From Takakia lepidozioides (Eukaryota; Plantae; Bryophyta), in contig CM060733.1 in the NCBI GenBank assembly GCA_030704615.1, forward strand, positions 1,240,001-1,304,000: 64,000 bases of DNA, given 5' to 3'. Both the position numbers and the translations under genes were made by a program. Below the pieces are notes generated by a model. It did not search any database. It saw only the letters and a program-made list of their open reading frames with translations, and was not told the origin of the DNA. This document shows positions 48,420-62,008 of the stretch, piece after piece (the stretch's first letter is position 1; every line of letters begins with the position of its first letter).

Positions 48420-51400
48420 TTGGGAGATTGAAGAATGGAGCAGCGGAGGAGCTCCGCAGTTTGCGGTGAGAGAGAGAGACCCCCAACGGTCTCTTCGTCT
48501 CTCTCGCTGCATCGCCTTCGCGACTGCTTCTGGTGTGGCTGTACAAACAGTCTTTCACGGATAACTCAATCCTAATACTTTTATTCTTTGCAGTTGCTTT
48601 AACAGATTTCCATTGCACTGTTTTTCATGCACTTGCTCACTCCTCTTGTCCTCTCATCATCCTTCTCTTTATCATCACCTTCACATCTAAAAATCATCAA
48701 ACGTCCTTCATTGTCCTGACCTCTATCTTAACTCCCTATCTATTAAGCGGCGCCATTCATCAGCTTCAGATCCCCCACACCTTAGCTGCCGCCGTCACCT
48801 TCAAGTCCTATAACTTTCACTCTGCCACCTGGTCGGCCCCCCAATCGCCCCCACCACCGCCACCCAAGCCCACATTGCTTCCTCACTTCTGAGTCAAGTT
48901 CTTCGCGTGAAATCTACACTGCTACCTCTACTCCTCGCTGGTGCCCGTGCCTGCTCCTCCTCAACCTCTTGCTATTCTTACAACGATGGGCCCCCTTAGC
49001 TCATCCCATCTCAGGAACGGCAACAAGCACTGGAAGCGCCCGCTATCAGGTCCCCCTAGATTCCCTCACGCTCTCCGTCCCCAGCCCTCCTCTGGGACGG
49101 GTTTCTTTCTGGCCCACCAGGCACAGTTATCCCTCCCGATTCACACGTAGCTGATGGAGCCCACCTCCCCAGCTCGATTCTTCGACCGTGCAGCTCAGAT
49201 TCCTCCCGATCCGAGCAGACAGCCCACACAACTCCAGCAACGCTTGGATCTAGCCCCCCCAGTCGATCTGCTTGAACAAATCATCGACAACGCAGAAGTA
49301 CAGGAGGCAATGAATGGAAATTTCCTAATGGTGGATATGGACATCGACGAAATGCTCACCAGGGTCACGGACATGGAGGACAATGGGATCCTGCTTCATT
49401 TCCCCGGAAGGAAAGTATCAAGGCTTCATGTGAGGGATTGGGCATGTCGTCACCTGGAGGGATCAGGAGAACTGAACCAGCACTTCTGTCGTGCCAAAGG
49501 TAGGGGCTTCTTCACCATTGTTTTTGAATCCAAGGAAGCGGCAGCTCAAGCCTTGAACTTCAACCCCCACCTCAATGGGCTGAACGTCAACATATTCCCA
49601 TGGTCGTCTAGGTTGGGGAATCGAAATGGCAAGCTTTGGGGGCCTAGAATTGTCTCTATCCCTTCCATACCAGATCAGTATCTGTATAACCTGCCAGACA
49701 TTGCTAAGCTCTTTGGCTATTTCCTTGGTTGCATTTCTGTGTTTGATCCTTTCATGAGCACTGATAAGATCAGGAAAAACAAAGCTTGGGAATCAGCAAC
49801 AATCGCTTCAAGATTAAATGATTCCGGTAGTGCCAAAATGGTGATTATGATGCCAAATGAAGATACAATCCCGCCCTTTGTAAGGCTGCCCATTGACAAA
49901 GAAGGCAACTACTACACCATTAGGCTTGTGGAGGATACCGCATCTATGGCCTGTTTCAACTGCAGCAAAGCGGGCCACATCAAAGCGGATTGTAAGGAAG
50001 GGAAACGGAAAAGAGGAGGAGGAAGAGCCAGCAACTCTTCTCCTGCCCCTATCCACCACCCAGGGGAAAGCTCCACTCCGAACAGGACACACCTCGTAGG
50101 AGCCAGAGGCACCTCCTATTCATCGGATGACCCCGCAGATCTGCTGCAAATCAAGAGTCCAATGAACAACCCAGGCTCTGGACCACAACAAATCAGCCCC
50201 ACTCTTCCAGCCCCTAAAAAGTCCGGGACTCTACAGACCCAATGAGACTAGAATTAGCACATGTTAAGGCAACCTGGGCCAACAAAGGCAAATGGATACC
50301 CGTAGGATGGGTTCTGCATACACCCACCCCACCTCCGGCTGATTCAGCAATTCCTCCCAACAGATCACTACAGCCTTCCAACACTGTGGTCACCACCGGA
50401 ATTGCATGCCACTCTGCTATTGCCAAGACTCTTGCAAGTATCAAAACATTCCCAGGCTTGTCCCTCAGCAACTCCTCAGAGATCGACTTCCAGGACATCC
50501 CAAAGGCTTCCTGCATTTCTCCACTAATTTTCAAGAAATGACCGCCAATGTCCTTTCTTCTCACTGAAGCGGCTTGGGGGGACTTTGCATCTCTATGGAT
50601 CACTGTGCAGGATGTCCGACAGTTCATTGCGAACAGCTCGCCCACCAACTGCCCCGAAAATATGCTCAAAAAAAAAATTCAAGAATTTTTTCTGGCTTTT
50701 CAACCGCACTACCACTTGTCAGGCACCACCAAAGTCTCCTAGGGTTCCTTCTTGGTCAAATTCCCATGGCTCAGTTGTAACCCTATGGCACACATCCTGG
50801 CTCTTATGGAAGAAGCGGATATCTACGGGACGCAGCCACCTACAGGTTCATCTTGGGTACGGAAAAACATTCTCTTAGAACCAAGAGGGGCTGCCAAACT
50901 CAAGCCAAGGTTGAGAGAAACTCTCACCAATGCCTTTGCTATGCTAGAAGCAATTGTGGAAGCAGAGATAGATGAGGAAAACCACAAAGGAGACCTCCAG
51001 CGAACTCGGGACCACCTCTACAAGGCTAGGCCCCCGCCCTCGCCATCTTCCTCATCAAGTGTTTCTGCCCGCTCCGTGGCGCCTGCCCCCTCAATGCCAA
51101 GTCAACCAGCTGTATCAGGCCCTTCACAGCAGGACACCACACCTTCTCCTGCCTCTCCAGCTTCTGCCCATCAAGATCTTCCTCCACTACAGCCTACAGC
51201 TCCAGCTCCGGAGCCCAACATGGAAGATGTCATCACCAAAATGGACCAGGTTCCACATAAACCCTCCCCTTGCTTCATTTTTTATGCTGACAAAAGAAAC
51301 TCTAAACGTTGTTGGCTCCTGTGTCGCAATGAATCATCCTCAAAATCTGTCTGCAGACATATTCCATCCATCTCTCTTCCTGCTTCTCTCTCAATGCCCT

Positions 51401-53795
51401 TCTACAACCAACTCACCCACAACATCCCCATTCCCCCTCTTCATCTTCCTCTCCCTCCTGACTTCTTCCTTACCTACACTCATCTGTTATCCATCGACAC
51501 AATCTACTCAAACCCCACCCTGTTCGTCTCATCTCCACCTCCATCTGCTCTGTCTAACCAATCTACCCAAACTAATGTGGTTATGATCAAGGTCAGGAAG
51601 CTCCTGCCCAAACCACCCCCCACCTACAGATGGATCAGCTCTTTACTCCCGACAGATCGTAGGGTCCGCTTCTTCTTTGACAACCCTGGGCCATCGAATG
51701 AGGTTAATACCCTCAGCCTTCTATTCCACCCACATGTTGATTAACTTATCCTCATGGAACATCAGGGGGTTGGGGCAAGGCCCAGACTCCCTAAAAAGCG
51801 TCAGGCTCAGGAACTGGCTGCAGCCAATGCTCCGCCAAGATGCCATCATTTCCTTTCAAGAACACAAACTAGATACCCAGAAAATTTCAAACCTCACTGA
51901 CCATCTTTGGCCAATCAACAACTCTCTCTGGAAGCCAACATCCACCGGTTCAAGAGGGGGTACCGTAATCCTCCTCTCTCCTGCTCTTCACTCCCGCCTC
52001 CGTTGCAAGGCTTCATGGGTTCCGGGAAGGGCCCAATACTGCGCCCTGGACCTACCCAACAACGCAGGAACACTAGGCATAGTCAACGTCTATGCACCCA
52101 ACTCCACCGCTGAAGGGGCAGACTTCTGGACTGCCCTTGAAAATAAGATGAAAGATGTCAACTACGTAGACGGTTGGGTGGTCATGGGAGACTTCAACAT
52201 GGTTGAGGCCCCAGAAGACCGGAGATGCCCTTCCGCCTTTAACCCAACTACGCCAGAAAATGGATAACTGGAACAACCTCTCTCATTCACACAATCTAGT
52301 AGAAGCTATTTCTATTTCCCAGAACGTGCCACCAACAACCCAAATTCCGTCCTTCACCTGGTCAAACAACAGAACCTTACCTGACCTTCAAATGGCTAGG
52401 CTAGACCGATTTTACTGCTCTTTAAACATTGTCCAATGGATAACTAGAAACCCCCAAACCCCAATCTTGCAAGGCTTCGACCATGCATTCATTTCTGCTT
52501 CTCTAAAAATCCCAAACACCCAATCCAGAGGTAAAGGTATCTACAAACTTAATACCTCTCTCCTCAAATCCCCTCCTTTAAACAAGGGCTCAAAACATCT
52601 TGGTCCCAATCCGGCGAACTCCTTCAGGACCCTATTGTAAAGTTTCAAGCTAGGCTCAAGGCAGTCAGGGTGACTGCTCAAACCATGAGCAGGGATTTGG
52701 CTCTGGAACGCTCTAGGAAAACCAAAGCTTTAACCAAGTGTCTTGTTGCGTGTCAGTCTCGAATCAAATCTCCCCGCTGTGATAATCACACTTACCTCAC
52801 TTACCTTGAAGCCAAGCAGAATTTAGAATCCCTCCAGTCCCTCCAAGAACAGAAACTCAAGCTCCAAGCAAGAGTCAACTGGTCAACCAAGGGGGAGAAA
52901 ATATCAAAATACTTCTTGACAAGACTAGGTTACGCAAAGCCTCTCAGAACATTACAGAACTAATTGACCAACCACTGGCGCTTCTGCCTCAACCCCAAAA
53001 CAGCTATCCACCCTAGCAAAGATCCACTTTACAAATCTCTTCCAAAGTGACTCTCACGGAGATCTAACCCTCTCTCCTCACCAACAAACATGCCTGCAAT
53101 CCACCCCATCCCTGTTACATCCAAACCTATCTGCTTCCCTTGAAGGGGAGCTCACTTTGATGGAACTAGAAACAGCGTTGCGCAAAATGCACAATGGGAA
53201 ATCCCCGGGCATCGATGGAATCCCAGTGGAATTCTACAAATGCCTCTGGCTTGAAATCTCCAACGACTTTCTCTCCATGGCCAACCAGATCTTCCGTGGT
53301 GGCATCATGCCAGAAAAATTGTCCCAAGGAGTCATTACTCTTCTCTTCAAAAAAGGAGACCGCACCAATATCTCCAACTACCGCCCCATCACCATCCTAA
53401 ATGTAGCCTATAAAATTATAGCCAAAGCCCTAGCTCTCAGACTACAAGCCCACCTTCCAGCTCTCATCAGACCTAACCAAACGGGCTTCATTAAAGGCAG
53501 ATACATTATGGACAACCTCCTTCTTGCCCAAGAAATACCTGACTTCGCCCTCAAAACTAAACAAGCAATCATTCTCCTGCTCCTTGACTTCGAGAAAGCC
53601 TTCGATAGGGTTGAGTGGTCATTCCTCCTGGGAGCCCTTGCCAAGATAGGTATCCCAGAATCTTTCAGAAAATGGGTTATTATCCTCCTTCAAAACTCCT
53701 CGAGCAGAGTCATTGTCAATGGGCAACTTTCTCCATCATTCCCGCTCCACAGATCTGTCAGGCAAGGCTGCCCATTAGCCCCCTTCCTCTTCTTT
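48420..53795 (+). mobile_element. L1/Tx1-clade LINE, 5' part (ORF1, APE endonuclease, partial RT), degenerate
   Basis: ORF1 49154-50245 has an RRM-like GRGFFTIVFES and the zinc knuckle CFNCSKAGHIKADC. APE motifs SWNIRGL, FQEHK, VNVYAPN, MGDFN, RLDRFY. RT motifs KSPGIDG, NYRPITIL, LDFEKAFDRVEW, VRQGCPLAP. The element breaks off before the YADD motif and carries several frameshifts. The 5' boundary is approximate. Confidence 0.9.
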
Positions 53796-55400
53796 TTTAA
53801 ATCCTATGCTTATTTGTGTGCACGATCTGTGCACGAGTGGATCTCAGCGAAATTTCAGACTAGTAGCCGATTTGATGTGGCGTCAATTGATATCTCTATC
53901 AAACTCGGGGGATGCCGCCATGGAGGGGTATGTTGCGTTTTCGCCATTGATCTGGCGGTCGAGCTGCCCAGGCACAGTGGGATGGTGACGAGCTAGTGCA
54001 GAGAAGACCGTTTCTTGCCCAAGTGCTGGCAAACTGACCGTGGATAGCTGCCGCTTGTTGGGGTCTTCTTGCGACATCTGCACAGAGTTTTGCCCAAGCC
54101 TTCCTCCCTTCAATCTGCAGATCCCAGAATACTCTAGAAAGCAAGGTTGATAAAGTGCAGGTGGTACCCGAGAGGGTCCAGGCACATCTAACTTTCCAAA
54201 TGTTCCACAGTGTAGAGCAGCGAAGGCAGTCGTAGACTGGGCAGTTTGAAGCTTTGGTTTTTGAATTTGAGTCATAGTTGAGAAGCAGATGAACAACTGA
54301 GAAGTCTTGGGTATCCCAATGTCTATAAAAATCTTTAATGATAGGCCAAACTTTTCTGGGGGTAAGGCAACAGATAAGGCAATGTTCCAGGGTTTCTAGC
54401 TGCCCGTAGGAGCAACAAGAGCAAATCAATGCTTCCTGGAATTGTAACCACTCTCCCACCTTAAGGACTCTGTTGGCTATTTGCCATAGAAAGGCGGACA
54501 TCTTGGCTGGCCTTGTTTTTTCCCATATACATGTCCAGATAGATTTCCAGTTCTCCTCCATAAACCCATAAGATTGCCATTTCAAGTTCCATTTGGCAAA
54601 GAGGGGGTTGGGTGATGACAGAGCCTTGTATGCTGTTCTGGTGGTGTACGTGAAGAAGGGAGTCGGAGATCTAGAGAAAGCCCAGGACCATTCTCTTGGA
54701 TCGAAGGGAAGCTCCGCGAGGGGCCTTCCTGAAATCCAGAAGAATGAATTTGCTGCCAGCTAGGTAGTCATGGGGATCGTAGGGTCTAGAATAGGGTTCA
54801 TGTCACTTGTGGGAGAGAACCAGCAGCAGATTCTGATGGGAGTATGGGGGAGATTTGGAAGGGAGAGAGGGACCATACTCTGTAGGGATAGAGACATGGT
54901 CACAGGATGGATACTGAACGGGAAGGCCCGTAGACTGTTGTTTAGCTTGTCCATGACAAAGAGGATGGTAAGCGACTCTCTGACAATAGCCAAGGACCAG
55001 TAGTTCATTGTGGGGGTAGAAGGACTTGCTTGCAGTGTTGGTAGCCAGGAGGAAATTGAGTCTTTGATGGTCTGAAAGCCAGAGGAAGTTCTGGCTGATC
55101 CAGCAATGCTGGCAATAGATGTGGAGTCCATAAAATCTTGGTTGTTCCATATGTGTCTAACCTGGTAAATGCCAGATCTGTCCCAGTAAGACCATCTTTT
55201 GGCTTGGGCCCTTTGTGGTTGGGATGGCTTGTTGGTATTTAAGAATAGGTGCTGACGGAGGGTTTCCTCATAAGTCTGAGGTTCCATTTTCCGTAGAAAG
55301 GGCCGGAGTCTTCCCCATGCATGCCAGATGGTGGTCCACAGGGATGAACCTAATTGGCCCTGCCTTCTTAAGGCAAGACTACGCAATGGGTTTTGATGCT
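53796..55400 (-). mobile_element. L1-type LINE 3' part (ORF2 C-terminus with zf-RVT and 3' UTR), in opposite orientation
   Basis: WKSIWTCIWEKTRPAKMSAFLWQIANRVLKVGEWL...CSCCSYGQLETLEHCLICC...LWNIWKVR. A short A-run on the minus strand sits at the junction near 53795. Confidence 0.82.
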
Positions 55401-55860
55401 TAGCACCGATACTTCCGATTACGCTTCGAATGAAATCGAGAAACGTGCCAAACATCAAAATTAAATATTAAACATGGCACGACGAGAACCAAATCACGAC
55501 GGAAAACATTTGCACGAAGAAACCTAAAACACATCATTTCACAACTTTCTTCAACCTACAAGCCTTCTTGAAATTAAACAATGTTCTATGTTTGATGTCA
55601 GTTTCACCTTTCCACCTGATTTCGGATCAACCCCAAGATGCCATCATGTTCGACATACTAGTTGTCGTTCATGGAACTTTGAAGTGGTATGCTGGAACTG
55701 CCTTGTGCAAGAGAATTAGGGAAAAGAGAGCTCAGTGGAGGTAGCAGCAAAGAATAGTGGGATACTTCAGGGCCAGAAAGACGTGTGTATGAGTATAAGC
55801 ATGCCAACAAAGGAAGAAGAAGAGACATTGCACACTCCAAAGCACGATGAAGAACAGGGG

Positions 55861-55925
55861 AAATGAAATGAAATGAAATGGTTTATAATGCCCGCGGAAA
55901 GCTCATAGAGCTTATGGGACAAAAT
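55861..55925 (-). mobile_element. Short LINE-like 3' end with (CATTT)n tail (family C)
   Basis: (GAAAT)4 on plus, a hairpin AGCTC-ATA-GAGCT, and a flanking direct repeat GAACAGGGG. Confidence 0.6.
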
Positions 55926-58354
55926 GAGGAACAGGGGAGAAAAACATGCTCGTCTTCATGTCAACCCGGTCTACTTTTCCATAGGAGGTAAACATGCCTT
56001 GAAATCTCTGATTGTCGTGCATCATACTCAAAGTTGCCACAGAACACTGGCCTCAATCTCGCCATGCTTCAGCATTGCTTAGAACTTATGAAATAGTTTA
56101 AGGGGCTCCTAATTCACTGCTCCAAAATCCTTAATGACTGAAGACGGAAAGGAATGATCTAATTGAGAAGATAGAACAAATCACAAATTCAGCAAATAAA
56201 GTTCGACACACCAAAGAAGATGGCACAAGCTCATAGTCTACGCACAACATTTGATGTTTGTATACGTTCTTGCATGGCTCTTCTTCATGCCCCAACACCT
56301 CATGAGCAACTGACTATTGATTCAGGGCATAACTATTGATACAAATAAAGTCAGATAGTTATAGTAAAAGTTGTTGAAACATATCATGTTTCATTCTGTG
56401 CCCCTGATCCTAACTATCCCTCAATTCTATGGTGTTTGCATACCTCTTTTAAGGTTTATCTGCTATCACTTCATCTGACCTTACCTGTGAGGACAATAGG
56501 AATGATTCTTTAAAATAGAAATGGAATCGGAAGGCCAGTCCTCAGAGAGAAAAGAAATAGAATGGAAGGGGAGAACATTGTGGCATATGCAATTACACCT
56601 ATTCATCATGGATCTAAGTAATCAAATAGCTTAACCCTAGCTCCGCCCCACACTTTACAGTGTAGGCAGGGTCATGCTTCTATGGTCAATGAACAATTAG
56701 CTAACTAACTACAAATGGGTTTTTGCCCCTTTCTATTCACACTACACATCCAACAATGCTTGACACGTGTCATTCAAAAATACCTCCACCCTATGAGTAA
56801 TTCTAAATAAAATGTAATTGGAGCCTTTCTATATTCATTTAAATGCTCCCGCCTATATTTCTCATACCCTATATTACTTTGAAAAATGTTCTAATTTTTA
56901 CTTGTAAAGAATAAATGACACCCTACATTTTTTTTGCACGTTAGGTGGTAATTTTTGGAAGTGGATCCCCCTAGGACCCTATCGAGATGGTGTGAAGGTC
57001 CCCATTTGTACTTCCAAGCTATTTGCAGAGTTGAGATTCATAGGGTAGAATTGATTGAAGAACGGATTTGTCATAGATTTTTGGGATTGTGCCAAATCGG
57101 TTTTCTGATTTGTAAATAAATTATCACCAAGAAGAGTCTTGGTGCGTGGGTGGGGGTCTCTTTGAGCTTACGGGTGCGCTTGATAGCTTAAATGCTCGCA
57201 ATAGAGTTCATTCATGGCTATAGTACCCAACAATTCCACAGTATCAAAGTAGAGATTTCGTTAGACTAGTCCATACCTTGACACATCTCCAGTAAATTGC
57301 CACTCGACTGGTTTCGACCTGACCAGCCAAATTGTCCCACAATGAATTAATCACTGAAGGGTTGCAGTAAGTGGGTCACAACTTGATGTGGTTGTAGTGG
57401 AGATATACCTATAGTGTTGAAACCCACAAATGCCAATTCATGAGTGTGGACAACGGGCAGGCCATGCTTGCAGCTATCAATTATAAACAGTGGCCATAAA
57501 ATGTCTTGAATGGTTGACCACCTTGCATCATCCCCATCAACATTGTCCAGCCACTCATCCACTTCAGTCTCGTCATCTTCAAGCTTTAAAGCTGAAAACT
57601 GCCAAGTGCTTTCTCTCTCACTCAGAACGTGTATAGTGTCCTTCCACCAGAACCCAGAGGGCATGACCTTCCAGATGCCATCATGTATCACAAATTGTCG
57701 GACTCGTGAATACCCGCACTCTTTCTCAATCACTCATGAGATTTTCCTGCTATGTGAACGAGCTGCATACAATATAACTACCCAGCACAACCTCATGAAC
57801 CTCACGCAATATACGCGAAATTGTTCATCCAAGGCATTTTATTCATGACAAATGTGGATGAAATAATATTATTGTTCTTCAGTGGGAGTAAATCACAGGC
57901 AGAGGTACAGCTGCTTGTTGGTGAAATTGTAGTGTTCTCAAGGATGGATGTGGCAGTGCAAGCGTGAACATAGAGAGGGGGGCAGCCTTATGGAAAGCTG
58001 TTGCTTGTCCAAATTCACAAGAACTTCGGCTTTGTCCAATATGAGACATAGGGTAAGGCCACACAAGCTCCGGAGTCCACCAACTTGAGGTGACTTTTTG
58101 GTTTGGTACCGGTCTTTGAAGTACCACAAAGTTCCACCATGCATTGCCAATCTTAGGTGTTCGTACCTTTGCCAAAGATTTAGCTTGGTATTTAACTTGT
58201 AGGTGTATATGTGGGTTGATTGTCTCTATTCTGGTGTTACAATGGCTCACGACATTTCCAGCCCATGGCTCTAGTCTATTCTAACATGTGGGTTCAAGTA
58301 GCTGTATTATGGTTTTTGGTATGAAGGTAAGTCATTGACCCAGTATTTTTGGTC

Positions 58355-58465
58355 TATGCCGTCACAGCTCGTCACAAGATCACAGCCGTTACAGCCCATC
58401 ACAGCCCCACACATGCCATATATAGGTCACAGCCCCACAGGCCACAGCCGTCACAGCCCCCTCTA
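58355..58465. repeat. Cluster of CACAGCC-type short repeats (possible DNA-transposon subterminal repeats)
   Basis: About 8 copies of (T)CACAGC(C) within ~110 bp. Confidence 0.45.
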
Positions 58466-61400
58466 TGGCCGCTCATGGCAGTTTAGCCATTTCTCCAAGG
58501 GGTTTAGCCACGCCTAGCTAGGATTTGTGTCGCTTGACCTTTGAGCTCTCTTGCAACAAGCTATGGCGACTGTGAGGAAATCAACAAGGTATTTTTGCTC
58601 TCTTTGGCTCCCGCACACCACCAATAGTAGCTCTAAGTCATGAGGAAGATGTTTGCCACAATCCAAGCCCTCTTTCTCACTTAAACTCCCCCAAACACGC
58701 CACTCAAGACCGTGACAAACAACCATGCCTTGCTGGTTTCCAGCCCTTGTAAGTACTACTTCATGCGCTCTCCTTGGCCATAACATGTATCTTAGAGCCT
58801 ATTCCAGCTCTCCACACCTGCCGCTTCAAGAGCCATGCTCTATCTAGGCTTGTACCCAACTCAAAACACGCTCTACAAGTGCCGGACTGTCACGTAAGTG
58901 CAAATCAGCCCCTTACCTTCCCTTCTAGCTCTCCATAGGTTAAAGATGACGGCTTAACTAGGCTGAATGCATGCTCCACACATGCACTACTCCCACATAA
59001 GAGAAATCAGCCCTTCCCTTGCTTGCTCTCCAAGCTTGAAGATAAAAGCTTCAATGGGCTGAATGCATGCTCCAGACATGCATCCCCTTCACACAAGAGG
59101 TAATATCAGCCCCTCATCTTGGTTCTTTGGCTCCTTGATGCTCTCTAAAACAAGACTAAGCACTCCACAACATTTTCAAAGCTCCTGAAACCCTAAGGCT
59201 TGCATTTCCAGCCACAAGACACTCCTCTTGTGGTACAAGAGCTATTCTTCCAAGCTCTAAAACCCTAGGTGCACATTCCATGGCCTTGCCGCACCTCTTA
59301 GCTCCTGTTCCAGCCCTGCTCTTGCCATGGCAAGAGCCTTCTCAATGCTGAAGCTCGAGATTGAAACCCAATCTCAACATACTCCATCAAGTGCACTGAT
59401 TTGCCCAAAGCCAAATCAGCCCTCTTGCTTGGTCTTTTAATCCTTCAACGCACAATGAAGCTCACATTCCCAAGGCCAGTTCTCAGCCACTATAACCTGC
59501 TCTTGACTGATCCTCTTCCCAATCATGCTTGCTCATGCATGTACACAATCTGAAACCATCAAGGTGCTCTGGAATTACCTGCAGCACGGTGCTTTCATCT
59601 CTGAAGCTGAAGATCGAATGCCAAGGTCCACCTTACTCATAACCAGCATCGCCTCTCCTTCTAACAACCAAGAGCTCCACGATGCTCCTTGCATAACGGG
59701 TAACTGCAGACTACACTGGCTCAAAAGCGGCAGATGTGCCTTCCACTGAAAGTTTATGAGAAAAACTTAATGCACATTTTAATTAAGGATATTTGTTCAA
59801 ATATATTCTTATCTTCATAGGTAATGGTATACGAATCATATTTAGTAAATGGTCTCACCCAAATATTTGAGATATTTTTTATTATATATATATATATATA
59901 TATATATATTTTCTTATTTAGAAATAATAGCTATTTAATATTATCTTGTAGTTTATGAAATTTGTCCATATAACAGTAAGCTCCTAGAGACAATAACAAT
60001 ATATATATTCTTAGCAAAGATCTCCACCCAAATATGAATTTTTCAAAATGCTATGGACAAATCGTCATTTTGGGGGTTTTTTGGTACCAAAAATCCATAT
60101 AGTGTCTTGATGGATGGATGGAATTGTTCACAAATTTATATTTGTGTCTATTCAAACATTGTGTATTTAGTTGTAAAGTCCATATATGAATTGGTTTTGC
60201 ACAAATAGGTTTTTCAGATGGCATTTGGGACATCCAATGGACTGTGACAGTCCATTGGAATTCCCTACAAAAGTCCACAACTTCATGAGATTTCATCCAA
60301 ATTCCAAAATAATTGTACCTATATGTACATATGGTAAGTGGCTAACCCATTCTAGTAAGTCCATTTGCTATGAATATATATTTATGTGTATAGGGTGAAG
60401 AATAATATGACAAGCAGTTAGTCGAAAACTGCAAATTGCAGTCCAAACTGAGCCACTCTAGTCTGCATCTACCCTAACAACCTGGTTTATCTCATTTTCA
60501 AGCAAAAACCACAAGTGCTTCAACTAACTCGTATCTGGCACTCACAAATACGAGCTCATCTTTCTCGAGTGATAAACAAGAAGAATACAAGCACACAAGC
60601 TCTCTGGAATTCACACACTTGCACATGAAAACATCACTCATATATTAAATCGAGCCAAGTGCACCCCACGCCATGAGAATCCACACTACGGCGCCATAGC
60701 TAGACGCGATGAGGCTCAACTCAAGAAAGATGAGCCTCCCCGGGCTTGCCGTGAAGATAACCACTCCAGGGCCTAAATCTGCCTCGACCCCTGATTTGAC
60801 ACTTGGGCCAATCTCAAATGTCAATATTTAAAAGCTAGCTAGTTTCACACTAGTACTGAAATAACTTGACAATCATGAAGAAAGAAAACATGGTGGATGA
60901 GTTAAGGCTACGTGATAAAGTTTTGGAGCCACAATTTTTTAGAAGTATTAGATATTACATTTGTTCAAGGATGATCACAATAATTTTACTGTAAGAAAAA
61001 GGTCCATTCAGAGGGCATTTTGCTATTCTCGGGTTTGGAAACTTGGGCTATTATCTACACTAAACCTGACCTAGTTTTCAACAGACGCACCTTACAAATT
61101 CATAAGGTGCCTACCACGCCTAGCAAGGCCTTATTAATTTGTAAAAAATGTATGTGTTGAACATGATGACTGTTCTCGTCAGGTCCATGTATCTCCAAAT
61201 ACGAAAGGATCTATTTTTTTTAAAAAAGGAAACAAAAAGGAACTTTAGTTAGGTTCTTACTAATAGTATTCAGTGTCAAGAGCAAAAGAGAGATATTTTT
61301 GTGTTTCAAGAAACTACGTAGTAGAGATTCAAACAAAAAGAATAACATGAAACACTATGAAGAAACTGAGGAGTGATAGAGGATGAGAATTCATGAGTGG

Positions 61401-62008
61401 TGAATTGTCTAAGTACCTTGAGGATGAAGGAATTCATACACCATGGCATAACATAATGGAATATCGCTTAGGCCACCTAACAAGGTAGGTGTGTAGCCTC
61501 ATGTAATTCACTAGAGGTCATCTTTTGTGGGGCTGAAATTTGCCCAATGGCGGCCCTTTAAGGGTTAACCTAATTTTACAAAATTGTATTGTTATTAAAA
61601 TATTATAATTATATTCTTAATGGGAAAAGGGCTGCGGTGGAGGAAAATAGTAATATACATATCAAAATTAATGTTGATTCAGTACGGTACTATAGTTACT
61701 CGGAGTACGTAACTGGTTTTGGTGTCTTATTATGGTACGTAATGACATACCATGGGGTCGTATTATAGCTTCCACCCAACGTTTCACAGGGTTTGGCCCT
61801 TCACTTGTCATGAGAGTTTGCCATAATGCACCATGTGGCAAGTCTTCTTTGGCTATCGTAGCTCTGATAGCGACATCTGGGGCTACAAACCCGTGGAATA
61901 CTACCCCATTCCGATTAAGTTCGATAATGGCCACCGGTTGACCTTGCTTGCGGCCACAATATGGGTCGCAATAATTCATACCTAAAAACTAAAAACTAAT
62001 AAAATAAA

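Noticed and set aside
48420-55400. Twin-priming explanation for the inverted LINE
   Set aside because: Twin priming leaves the poly(A) end at the outer edge of the insertion; here it is at the internal junction.
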